NCBI GenBank assembly: GCA_039918735.1
Contig: JBDSGZ010000026.1
Coordinates: 1-35,294 of the forward strand
Length of the DNA: 35,294 nt
DNA from: Ginsengibacter sp.
Lineage (GTDB): Bacteria; Bacteroidota; Bacteroidia; Chitinophagales; Chitinophagaceae
Direction: 5' to 3'
Part shown: positions 1 through 8,442 of the stretch, piece after piece
Numbering within the stretch: the first letter of the stretch is position 1
How the letters are laid out: the number at the start of each line of letters is the position of its first letter
The notes under the pieces: model-generated
The model's database searches: none
The model's input: only the letters and a program-made list of their open reading frames with translations
Told to the model about the DNA's origin: nothing
Position numbers and translations under genes: made by a program

Positions 1-182
1 GGTACTTTCACTCCTTGTCTTAAGTTAATATACCAAAGGGTCCAAAAAAATATGCTCATGATAAAATAAATAAGAACATTGTATTTAAATGAGTCTCGTC
101 TTTGGGCTATTTTCCAAACCTTCGTATCTCTTTCTTCTTCGGCAGAGCCAGCCGTTTGTTTGGGATCGGTGTTTGTTTCCAT
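1..182 (-). CDS. 2TM-domain small membrane protein (partial, runs off the left edge)
   Basis: Not in the ORF track. Manual translation from ATG at 182 gives METNTDPKQTAGSAEEERDTKVWKIAQRRDSFKYNVLIYFIMSIFFWTLWYINLRQGVKV..., the 'W-x-IA-x-RR-x-SF + hydrophobic helix' pattern typical of Bacteroidota 2TM proteins. It lies 53 bp downstream of the TBDR on the same strand. Confidence 0.75.
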   Translation of the reverse strand, partial: METNTDPKQTAGSAEEERDTKVWKIAQRRDSFKYNVLIYFIMSIFFWTLWYINLRQGVKV

Positions 183-235
183 GGTGCTAATTTTTATTTT
201 ATAATTGGTTAGACAGTGTTCATTTTGAAATCAAA

Positions 236-2497
236 TTATAAGTGGTTATCGATATTATCCTGTGTTCTATCAATTCCCAGGCTTATAAAACAGCCCAGGT
301 AAACAAACCTTTTTGAAGGCGGAGTTACTGCCACCTTGTGTAGTCCATTTGCAGAATAATTGTAAGTATAAACATTATTCGCACCAAGAACATTTGTGAC
401 AGATAAAACAAACACGGTAAAAGCTTTTGCCTTTGGGTTGGTAATTGACGGCAAATAATTCAGACTTATGCTTAAGCTGTTATAATCCTTTGTACGACCC
501 TGGTCTATCAGTTTATAACTTGTACTGTTATCATCATAAACAATATTGTAGTAAGGCCGCCCCGTCGCATAGGTGTATGATGCATTGAACTGGGTTTTCA
601 TTTTTGCGATGAATTTTTTCAGCACCAGGGAAGTTGTGTGTTTCGCTGCGAAAGAGGGTTCAATAGCAAAAGGATAATTTAGAAAATCGCGTTTTGTGTC
701 AAGGTAGGAATACGAAACCCAATAGTCGAAATTTTTGATTGATTTCTTATCTCTCCAAAAGACCTCTATTCCTTTTGCGTTTCCAAATCCTTTATTATTT
801 ATGACGGTCAACTTTCCATTGTTGTCTCCGGCTTTGAATAAGTCCTGATATTTTTTATAGAAAACTTCCGTGCGAAATATGCGCTGATTCGTGATTTTCT
901 GATATTGAAATATGTAATGAGTGGCTTTGGAGAATAGAAGAGATTGGTTGGTCGGCAAATACTTTCTGTCGGGATCCTGGTAAAAGATGCCATAAGCAAT
1001 CGAGGCCTGGCTGTTATCCGGAAACTTGTATGCCAAAGAAATCCTGGGTGCAATATTCCACTTACTTATTAATTGCGAATGCTCCACTCTGGTACCTGCT
1101 TTGGCGGCAATGTTGTTGGTAATATAAATGTCAGTTTCTGCAAAAGTTGACCATAAATCTTCTTTTATTCTTTCTTCAAATTGGCGGTTATCATATTGCG
1201 AAAAAGTTGATTTTTCATCGCTGTAATTATATTCACTTCCAAACCTGAACGCAGAAAGTCCATTGAATTTTTTTTCAAAGACAATCTTTGCATTCGCGTA
1301 TTGTCCTTTGTTAAGCAATCCAAAATTCTTATAAGCATATAAGGGTTGATCTACCAACGCTTGCTTTTTATTTTCTTGGTCTTGCAGTTCGTTGTTGATA
1401 TCGTCCCGGTTTGTACTGAAAGAAGTTCCAAAATTTATCTTCCATCCTTTGCCTATTTTTTCTTTCCATGAAAGATTATGGTACATGTTGAAGTTTTTGA
1501 GGCCAAAGGCATTTTTCATGTTCAATGAATCCACATCCTGGTTTCTAAACCCAAGATTTGTAGAACTGAAATAGCCAAAGTATTTAATCATCCCTGTTGA
1601 TGAAGTTTTTAACCTGAAATTAAGATCACCTTCGTGTAAGACAGGAATTTTGAAGTAGTCGAATTTTTGTTTTATGACATCAAAAACCAGGGCAAGATTG
1701 ACGTAGGAATAGGTAAATCCCCAGGAAGACTTTTTATTTTTTGAAAGCTTTTGAAGGCCGGCATTTGCCGCCAAAAAAGAAATGCCAAATTCGGCTGAAG
1801 TCTTTTCAGGCAAATCAATAGATTCTAACAAAAGTACAGAGGACAGTGCTTGACCGTAAAGTGCGGAATATCCCCCTGAACTGAAAATCGTGCCTTTGAA
1901 AAGAAACGGATTGAACCTTCCCCTTGTCGCCTGGTTTGGCTCGCTCGAATAGAAGAAATTATTTACAAGCGTGCCATCAATAAATATTTTGCTTTCGTTG
2001 GCGGTGCCTCCTCTTACGAACAGCCCTTCATTTTCTCCTACCTGCTGCGTACCGGGTAATGTTTTGATCGCCGATGTTATATCTCCGTTCGCACTGGCCG
2101 TTGTAACAATATCAATTGGATTTAAAGCCGTTGCTCTTTTTTGATCACTCGCTTCAAAGGTGCCTGCACTTATCACTACTGCCTTTAGTTCTGTAATTTG
2201 TTCCTTTAATGAAATGTCAAACTTAACCGGTTCGTCGACGATCGTAATCGCTTGTTCAACTGTTTTGTATCCTGATACGGTAGCCTGTAAAACCTGGTTA
2301 CCTTTTTCAACAGTCATGAAAGAATAATTCCCGAGCGAATCGGTTGTAGCTCCATCATAAGAATTTAAAATACTGATACTTCCATTTATGATCGGCTTTC
2401 CATGGGTGTCGGTTACCTTACCTGAAATACTCATCTGGGCTGACCCAATCGTGGATAAAAGAAAGAAATATAAAAAAAGGAATTTCCTCACTAGCAT
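236..2497 (-). CDS. TonB-dependent receptor with N-terminal carboxypeptidase-regulatory-like domain and plug
   Basis: Signal peptide; ISGKVTD...GATTDSLGNYSF N-terminal domain; ELKAVVIS TonB-box-like segment; plug motifs LPG...LFVRGG...IFIDG and FSSGGYSALYGQALS; beta-barrel-like C-terminal half. Confidence 0.9.
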   Translation of the reverse strand: MLVRKFLFLYFFLLSTIGSAQMSISGKVTDTHGKPIINGSISILNSYDGATTDSLGNYSFMTVEKGNQVLQATVSGYKTVEQAITIVDEPVKFDISLKEQITELKAVVISAGTFEASDQKRATALNPIDIVTTASANGDITSAIKTLPGTQQVGENEGLFVRGGTANESKIFIDGTLVNNFFYSSEPNQATRGRFNPFLFKGTIFSSGGYSALYGQALSSVLLLESIDLPEKTSAEFGISFLAANAGLQKLSKNKKSSWGFTYSYVNLALVFDVIKQKFDYFKIPVLHEGDLNFRLKTSSTGMIKYFGYFSSTNLGFRNQDVDSLNMKNAFGLKNFNMYHNLSWKEKIGKGWKINFGTSFSTNRDDINNELQDQENKKQALVDQPLYAYKNFGLLNKGQYANAKIVFEKKFNGLSAFRFGSEYNYSDEKSTFSQYDNRQFEERIKEDLWSTFAETDIYITNNIAAKAGTRVEHSQLISKWNIAPRISLAYKFPDNSQASIAYGIFYQDPDRKYLPTNQSLLFSKATHYIFQYQKITNQRIFRTEVFYKKYQDLFKAGDNNGKLTVINNKGFGNAKGIEVFWRDKKSIKNFDYWVSYSYLDTKRDFLNYPFAIEPSFAAKHTTSLVLKKFIAKMKTQFNASYTYATGRPYYNIVYDDNSTSYKLIDQGRTKDYNSLSISLNYLPSITNPKAKAFTVFVLSVTNVLGANNVYTYNYSANGLHKVAVTPPSKRFVYLGCFISLGIDRTQDNIDNHL

Positions 2498-2507
2498 AAA
2501 TTTATCT

Positions 2508-2515
2508 CAAAAATA
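2508..2515 (-). promoter_or_regulatory. Bacteroidota -7 box (TATTTTTG) for the TBDR; a second box, TAAATTTG, at 2576-2583
   Basis: Matches TAnnTTTG, 10 nt upstream of the ATG at 2497. Confidence 0.5.
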
Positions 2516-2694
2516 AAGTAGTTTATATTATGAACCAAATTATTGCCAGAATATCTTTTTTACTTTATGCGATAACAAATTTATGGGAATAAGGTATTCA
2601 TAATCAATATAATATCAATAAAATGATTGAATTTTTACATCAATTTCCTTGTTGAAATCTCTTGCGTAAATTTATCAACATCACTGAAAATTAA

Positions 2695-2725
2695 TTTGTT
2701 TATCTGCTCGCAATTTGTAATTTAG
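2695..2725 (+). promoter_or_regulatory. Bacteroidota primary-sigma promoter (TTTG-N19-TAATTTAG)
   Basis: TTTG at 2695-2698, a 19-nt spacer, then TAATTTAG at 2718-2725 (one mismatch to TAnnTTTG). The spacing fits the known -33/-7 architecture. Confidence 0.55.
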
Positions 2726-2729
2726 CAAT

Positions 2730-2787
2730 AGAATTTAATGGGTTAGTAAGTACAAGGGCTGGTTTAATCACCAGCCCTTTTGCTTTT
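2730..2787 (+). ncRNA. Candidate small RNA (about 55 nt)
   Basis: Lies between a predicted promoter and an intrinsic terminator with no protein-coding ORF (only ATG-GGT-TAG). The AU-rich 5' part contains UAAUGGGUUAGUAAG. Ends are approximate. Confidence 0.5.
2754..2787 (+). terminator. Rho-independent terminator
   Basis: Perfect 10-bp stem AAGGGCTGGT / ACCAGCCCTT with a 6-nt loop, followed by TTGCTTTT. Confidence 0.8.
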
Positions 2788-2899
2788 CTTTATAGTTTCT
2801 AAATCGGGTTCTCTCTCGCTCACTTTTCTTCTACTTTAATTTTTTTCTGTTCGGCTACTGTTATTGCTATGGCAATGTTTCTTTAATTTCATTAGTAAT

Positions 2900-4276
2900 A
2901 TGAGTAAAACGAAGACGGCTTTTTTCTGTAGTAACTGTGGGCAAGAGAGTGCAAAATGGTTGGGCAAATGCCCAGCCTGTGAACAATGGAATACATTTTC
3001 TGAAGAAGTGATTGTAAAGGGTACCGACAAAAAGCAAAATGAATGGAAGGAATTTTCAGGATTAAGCGGTGGGCTTAAAACGATCTCTTTAGAGAATGTT
3101 ACGAGTGGGGAAGAGAAAAGAATAATCACTGAAGATGCAGAATTAAATCGGGTATTGGGCGGAGGCATTGTCGGTGGCAGCCTTGTGTTAGTCGCAGGAG
3201 AACCGGGTATCGGTAAATCCACTCTCTTTCTTCAAGACGCCTTGCAATTGCAGAATATAGTGACCTTATATATAAGTGGTGAAGAAAGTGATCAGCAAAT
3301 AAAAATGAGAGCAGACCGGCTGCAGATTAAAAATGAGAATTTTTACTTGCTTACAGAAACTAACACACAAACTATTTTTCATGAAATCCGGAAGCTAAGA
3401 CCTGCACTTGTAATTGTAGATTCTATTCAAACCCTACAATCTCCTTACATTGAATCTGCCCCCGGAAGCGTTTCACAAATCAGGGAAACGGCCGCCGAGT
3501 TCCAGCGCTTTGCCAAGGAAACGAACACCCCCGTTATTTTGATAGGCCATATTACCAAGGACGGGAACATTGCCGGCCCCAAGATATTAGAGCATATGGT
3601 TGACACGGTTCTTCAGTTTGAGGGAGACAGAAATTACTCATACAGAATTCTTCGCACGCTAAAGAATCGCTTTGGCCCTTCATACGAATTGGGAATATAT
3701 GAGATGGGTAGCGACGGAATGCGACAGGTAAGCAATCCGTCTGAAGTGCTGATCACCCAAAAAGAAGAACAATTGAGCGGAGTTGCAATTGCCGCCACCA
3801 TGGAAGGTATCAGACCTCTGCTCATTGAGGTACAGGCTTTGGTTACTCAAAGCGTATATGGCACTCCTCAGCGAACAAACACTGGATTCGACTTGCGAAG
3901 GCTCCAGCTATTGCTTGCAGTCCTGGAAAAACGAGGTGGATTTCATTTTGGAGTAAAAGATGTTTTTATAAATATCGCCGGCGGACTGAAAGTAGAAGAT
4001 CCTTCAATTGACCTTGCCGTATTAAGTGCATTGCTTTCTTCCTATGAAGATGTGCCTTTACCAGCGGATGTCTGTTTTGCTGGCGAGGTTGGATTGAGCG
4101 GCGAAATCCGGCCAGTAAATCGTATTGAGAAAAGAATTGCGGAATCTGAAAAGCTCGGTTTTGAAAAAATAATTGTTAGCAAATACAGTCTCTCGAAATC
4201 AGCTTCAAAACCTAAGTTCAACATACAGGTTGTTCCTCTAGGCAAAGTGGAGGAATTGTACAAATACTTGTTTTAA
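2900..4276 (+). CDS. radA: DNA repair protein RadA/Sms
   Basis: N-terminal CxxC...CxxC zinc finger (CSNCGQESAKWLGKCPAC), Walker A GEPGIGKST, KNRFG motif and Lon-like C-terminal domain. Start moved to MSKTK (ATG at 2900). Confidence 0.97.
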   Translation: MSKTKTAFFCSNCGQESAKWLGKCPACEQWNTFSEEVIVKGTDKKQNEWKEFSGLSGGLKTISLENVTSGEEKRIITEDAELNRVLGGGIVGGSLVLVAGEPGIGKSTLFLQDALQLQNIVTLYISGEESDQQIKMRADRLQIKNENFYLLTETNTQTIFHEIRKLRPALVIVDSIQTLQSPYIESAPGSVSQIRETAAEFQRFAKETNTPVILIGHITKDGNIAGPKILEHMVDTVLQFEGDRNYSYRILRTLKNRFGPSYELGIYEMGSDGMRQVSNPSEVLITQKEEQLSGVAIAATMEGIRPLLIEVQALVTQSVYGTPQRTNTGFDLRRLQLLLAVLEKRGGFHFGVKDVFINIAGGLKVEDPSIDLAVLSALLSSYEDVPLPADVCFAGEVGLSGEIRPVNRIEKRIAESEKLGFEKIIVSKYSLSKSASKPKFNIQVVPLGKVEELYKYLF

Positions 4277-4286
4277 TAAAAAAAGC

Positions 4287-4988
4287 TTGAAGATAACTTC
4301 TCAAATATTCTCACCTCTCATTCACTTTTTCTATCCCCACAATTGTTTGGGTTGTGGAAGTGACATCGTGGCCACTAAGGATTTCTTATGTCTTGATTGC
4401 ATAAATGACTTACCTCACACAGGCTTTGCATCAGAATCAACTAACCCGGTTGAAAAAAAGTTTTGGGGACGAATTCCCCTGATTGCCGGCATGAGTGAAT
4501 TTTATTTTTCTAAGAATTCAATCATTCAAAATCTTATCCATGAAATGAAATATAAGCGAAACAAAAGTGTCGGGGTTTATCTCGGGAACCTGATGGGAAA
4601 GAGTCTGCAACAAAGCAATCGCTTTTCGGATGTCGATGTGATTGTGCCCTTACCTTTATTTCCAGAGAAAGAATTTAGGCGAGGATACAACCAGGCAGCA
4701 ATTTTATGCCAGGGAATTGTAGAAGTGTTCTCTAAGCCAGTACTTTCCAAAAATGTGGTTCGGGTAATTCATACCGAAACGCAGACCAAAAAAGGAAGGA
4801 TTGAAAGATGGGAGAATGTGGAAAAGAGCTTTGGAGTCAGGGATGATACTGGTCTCGGAGGAAATCATATTCTTTTGGTGGATGACGTAATAACAACCGG
4901 GGCAACAATGGAAGCTTGTGCTGCTGAAATTTTGAAGGTTGAAGGAACGAGGTTAAGCGTAGCGGCATTAGCGTTCGCAACTCACTAA
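4287..4988 (+). CDS. comF: ComF family protein (zinc ribbon plus phosphoribosyltransferase domain)
   Basis: CLGC...CLDC zinc ribbon, RGYNQ, and PRTase motif LLVDDVITTGAT; TTG start. Confidence 0.9.
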   Translation: MKITSQIFSPLIHFFYPHNCLGCGSDIVATKDFLCLDCINDLPHTGFASESTNPVEKKFWGRIPLIAGMSEFYFSKNSIIQNLIHEMKYKRNKSVGVYLGNLMGKSLQQSNRFSDVDVIVPLPLFPEKEFRRGYNQAAILCQGIVEVFSKPVLSKNVVRVIHTETQTKKGRIERWENVEKSFGVRDDTGLGGNHILLVDDVITTGATMEACAAEILKVEGTRLSVAALAFATH

Positions 4989-5077
4989 ACCGGCAGCGTC
5001 ATATAAAATACCGCAAATCGACATCAGCAAAATTATCCGGTGTATGGAGCGTTAAAGATTTAAATATATTTTTGAGT

Positions 5078-6481
5078 ATGAAGGTCCATAGACTTACTGT
5101 CTTACTTATCACGTTGGTATTTTTCATTTTTTCCTGCAAAAAAGAACGCTTTATAACAAGTGCCCAGGCAACTCTTGCCACAAGTGCAGATACTCTTACC
5201 TACGATACAATATTTACATCAGTTGGTTCCATTACACAGTCTTTTAAAATCTACAATAAGAATAATCAAAAGCTTTTAATTAACAAGATTAAACTGTCTG
5301 GAGGCGCAACATCTTTTTACAATATAAACGTAGACGGCGTAGTGGCGACTGAAGTAAATAATATTGAGCTGGAGGCCAATGATAGCATGTACGTTTTTGT
5401 CCAGGTGCGAATTGATCCTTCCACGGCCAATCTTCCTTTCGTAGTGAGGGATAGCATTCTGATCGAATATAATACGAATCAAAAATTTGTTCAGTTGCAG
5501 GCATATGGCCAAAATGCAATATTTCTAAATAAAGTGAGGATTACTGGAAATATGACCTGGGAAAGTGCTCTTCCATATGTAATTACAGGAGGGATATTGA
5601 TAGATAGCACGGCAACGCTCACTGTACGGCCTGGAACAAGAATTTTTCTTCATCCTGATGCACCCTTTCTTGTGGATGGCACCTTGATAGTAGCGGGCAC
5701 AAAAGATGATAAAGTTGTATTCGCCGGTGATAGATTAGATGAAGGCTACGTTGATTATCCTGCAAGCTGGCCTGGAATATATTTTAGTGGAAGCAGTAAA
5801 AATAACAGGTTCACTTTTGCATTGATAAAAAATGCATACCAGGGAATAGTTGTCTCTGATCCTTCTACAAATGTTCTTCCCAAGGTTACATTGACTCAAA
5901 CAATCATCGACAACATTTATGATGCGGGAATATTAGGGATTAATTCAAACATTGAAGCCAGCAATTGCCTGATTACAAACTGCGGCAAAAACATTTTATT
6001 GGTGTACGGTGGCGAATATTCATTTGTAAACTGTACAGTTGCCTCTTACAGTAATTTTTTTATTGATCATAAGAATCCAGTCTTACAGGTTGCTAATTTC
6101 ATTGACCAGGATAATAGCATTTTCGTTTCCGATTTGAATGCAAATTTTAAGAACTGTATTTTTTGGGGATCCGGTGGTACTGTCGAAGATGAAATTAATG
6201 TATTGAAAAAGCCAGGAGGAAATTTCTCCGTGACATTTGAGAACACACTATATAAACAAACAAATACAGACCCGGCGGATGCCCAATTTTCGGGCAATGT
6301 TTTAAAAAATACAGATCCCCTCTTCGACAGCATAAATATTTCAAAAAACTATTACGATTTTCATTTTGTAAAAGATCCTTCAGCGCCCGCAATCGACCAG
6401 GGATCTGCTGTTCCTTTGGCGTACGATCTGGATGGTAACCCAAGAATCGGAATCCCGGACCTCGGTTGTTACGAAAGGTGA
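5078..6481 (+). CDS. Predicted lipoprotein with Ig-like N-terminus, right-handed beta-helix and choice-of-anchor-Q-like C-terminus
   Basis: Lipobox FIFSC-KKE; repetitive beta-helix-like segments (WPGIYF, NCLITNCG, FVNCTVA, NCIFWG); C-terminal PAIDQG...DLDGNPR...PDLGCYE. TATTTTTG box at 5067-5074. Confidence 0.7.
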   Translation: MKVHRLTVLLITLVFFIFSCKKERFITSAQATLATSADTLTYDTIFTSVGSITQSFKIYNKNNQKLLINKIKLSGGATSFYNINVDGVVATEVNNIELEANDSMYVFVQVRIDPSTANLPFVVRDSILIEYNTNQKFVQLQAYGQNAIFLNKVRITGNMTWESALPYVITGGILIDSTATLTVRPGTRIFLHPDAPFLVDGTLIVAGTKDDKVVFAGDRLDEGYVDYPASWPGIYFSGSSKNNRFTFALIKNAYQGIVVSDPSTNVLPKVTLTQTIIDNIYDAGILGINSNIEASNCLITNCGKNILLVYGGEYSFVNCTVASYSNFFIDHKNPVLQVANFIDQDNSIFVSDLNANFKNCIFWGSGGTVEDEINVLKKPGGNFSVTFENTLYKQTNTDPADAQFSGNVLKNTDPLFDSINISKNYYDFHFVKDPSAPAIDQGSAVPLAYDLDGNPRIGIPDLGCYER

Positions 6482-6558
6482 TACCGGACTGGCTGTGACG
6501 CTCTAAAAAAATTGACTCCATCGGCCCTTGCATTGATTACCTATCTTTGCTAAAAAAA

Positions 6559-7113
6559 ATGAAACCGATCCTATTTTTCCTGGCATCAATTGCTTTTTTC
6601 TCATTTGCAACTCCCAGCGAAAACCCTAATCTTATGTCGCCACAATCAATTTATAAATTTAAAGTAGAAAGCCTGGATGGCGGAACTATTGACTTCTCGA
6701 AGTTCAAAGGGAAAAAAATACTTGTGGTCAACACCGCTTCAAAATGTGGATTCACTCCTCAGTATGATGCGTTGGAAAAACTATACAAGGAATATGGCAA
6801 GGAGCTGGTAATAGTTGGTTTCCCGGCAAATAATTTTGGTGGACAGGAGCCGGGATCTAACCAGGAGATCAAAGAGTTTTGTAAGAAGAACTATGGAGTA
6901 ACTTTTCCGATGGCTGCAAAAGTTTCTGTCAAGGGAGAAGACATAACACCGATATTTAAATGGCTCACAAACAAATCCGAGAATGGCGTAATGGATGCAG
7001 AAATCAAATGGAATTTCACTAAATTCCTTTTGGATGAAAATGGAATTTTGTTGACCAAGTTTGATAGCAAAGTAACGCCCATGAGCGAAGAAATACTTGC
7101 CTATTTGAAATAG
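6559..7113 (+). CDS. gpx: Glutathione peroxidase family protein (Cys type) with signal peptide
   Basis: VNTASKCGFTPQY, GFPANNFGGQEPG and KWNFTKFL motifs. The catalytic codon is TGT. TATCTTTG box at 6542-6549. Confidence 0.93.
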   Translation: MKPILFFLASIAFFSFATPSENPNLMSPQSIYKFKVESLDGGTIDFSKFKGKKILVVNTASKCGFTPQYDALEKLYKEYGKELVIVGFPANNFGGQEPGSNQEIKEFCKKNYGVTFPMAAKVSVKGEDITPIFKWLTNKSENGVMDAEIKWNFTKFLLDENGILLTKFDSKVTPMSEEILAYLK

Positions 7114-7197
7114 TTTCATCTCTATTTTTATCACACCATTTTGCCATAAACTTTTCTTGTATCAGAAGAAGTTAAGAATGTATGTCAGCTTAGTCTT

Positions 7198-8442
7198 ATG
7201 GAATTCAAAAATGTCATAGGCCAGGAAACAGTTAAGCATCATCTGGTTGATCTCGTCACTCAAAACAGGCTGAGCCACGCGTTACTATTTTTGGGAAAGG
7301 AGGGAAGCGGATCATTAGGCCTTGCCCTGGCGTTTGCCCAGTACATAGTTTGTACTTCAGCAAAACAATCCTCTTCACAAGAAAACAGTGCGCTCGATTT
7401 ATTTGGAACTACTGACCTCATTGATGATGTAAAATCATCAACCCAAAATTCTTCTTTGATTGAGGTTGCAAAGGATTCCTGCGGGAGCTGCCCGGCATGT
7501 ATCAAGGCTGCCCAAATGATTCACCCTGACATCCACTTTTCTTTTCCGGTAATCCCGAAAAAATCGGGTACTCCCCCCGCAAGCGATGATTACATAAAGG
7601 AATGGAGGGAGTTTATTTTCTCCAATTTATATGGCAATGTGTACGACTGGCTTCAGTTTTTGGGGGCAGAGAACAAGCAGGGAAATATAACTGCAAGGGA
7701 ATGTAACGAGATAAATCAAAAGCTGAGCCTCAAGGCATTTGAAAGTGAATTTAAAATATTGATAATGTGGATGCCCGAGCTCCTCGGAACCTCTGGCAAC
7801 AAATTATTAAAGCTAATAGAAGAGCCACCACCAGGCACTATATTTATTTTTGTTGCAGAGGATGAGCAAGCTATATTGCCTACCATTCTTTCAAGAACAC
7901 AACTTATAAGGATACCCGCACTTTCAGCACAAGAAATTGAAAATGTTTTAGTCAACCAGTATGAGATCGGACATGAAAAAGCATCACAGGTTGCTGCTGT
8001 AAGTGATGGCAATTTTCGGGAGGCACTAAGAGCGCTCCAGCATTCTGATGAAGATTGGCAAGGTCTGGTCAGAGATTGGTTAAATGCCATTCTGAAAGGA
8101 GGGCCAATTGCTCAAATAAAATGGATTGATACAGTAAGCCGACTCGGGAGGGAACGACAAAAGCAGTTGCTGCGTTATTTCATTCACTTGCTTCACCAGG
8201 CTATCAGGATACAATTCATCAATCTCCCAGCGGACGAACTCGTTGTGTCAGACAATGAACAGGACTTTGCAACAAGACTAAATAAAATGTGCAATTCGGA
8301 AGCCCAGGAGGCGATAATTAACGAGCTTGACAATGCCATTTTTTATATCGAACGGAACGCAAATGCAAAAATGCTATTTCATGCGCTCTCCATCCGGCTC
8401 TATCATATTATTAAAGATAATTCGCTAATTTTGGTGAATTGA
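7198..8442 (+). CDS. holB: DNA polymerase III delta-prime subunit
   Basis: RLSHALLFLG, degenerate Walker A GKEGSGSL, CGSCPAC zinc module, HPDIH, NKLLKLIEEPP and LPTILSR. Confidence 0.9.
   Translation: MEFKNVIGQETVKHHLVDLVTQNRLSHALLFLGKEGSGSLGLALAFAQYIVCTSAKQSSSQENSALDLFGTTDLIDDVKSSTQNSSLIEVAKDSCGSCPACIKAAQMIHPDIHFSFPVIPKKSGTPPASDDYIKEWREFIFSNLYGNVYDWLQFLGAENKQGNITARECNEINQKLSLKAFESEFKILIMWMPELLGTSGNKLLKLIEEPPPGTIFIFVAEDEQAILPTILSRTQLIRIPALSAQEIENVLVNQYEIGHEKASQVAAVSDGNFREALRALQHSDEDWQGLVRDWLNAILKGGPIAQIKWIDTVSRLGRERQKQLLRYFIHLLHQAIRIQFINLPADELVVSDNEQDFATRLNKMCNSEAQEAIINELDNAIFYIERNANAKMLFHALSIRLYHIIKDNSLILVN

Noticed and set aside
6745-6747. Selenocysteine in the glutathione peroxidase
   Set aside because: The catalytic codon is TGT (Cys) and there is no in-frame TGA.
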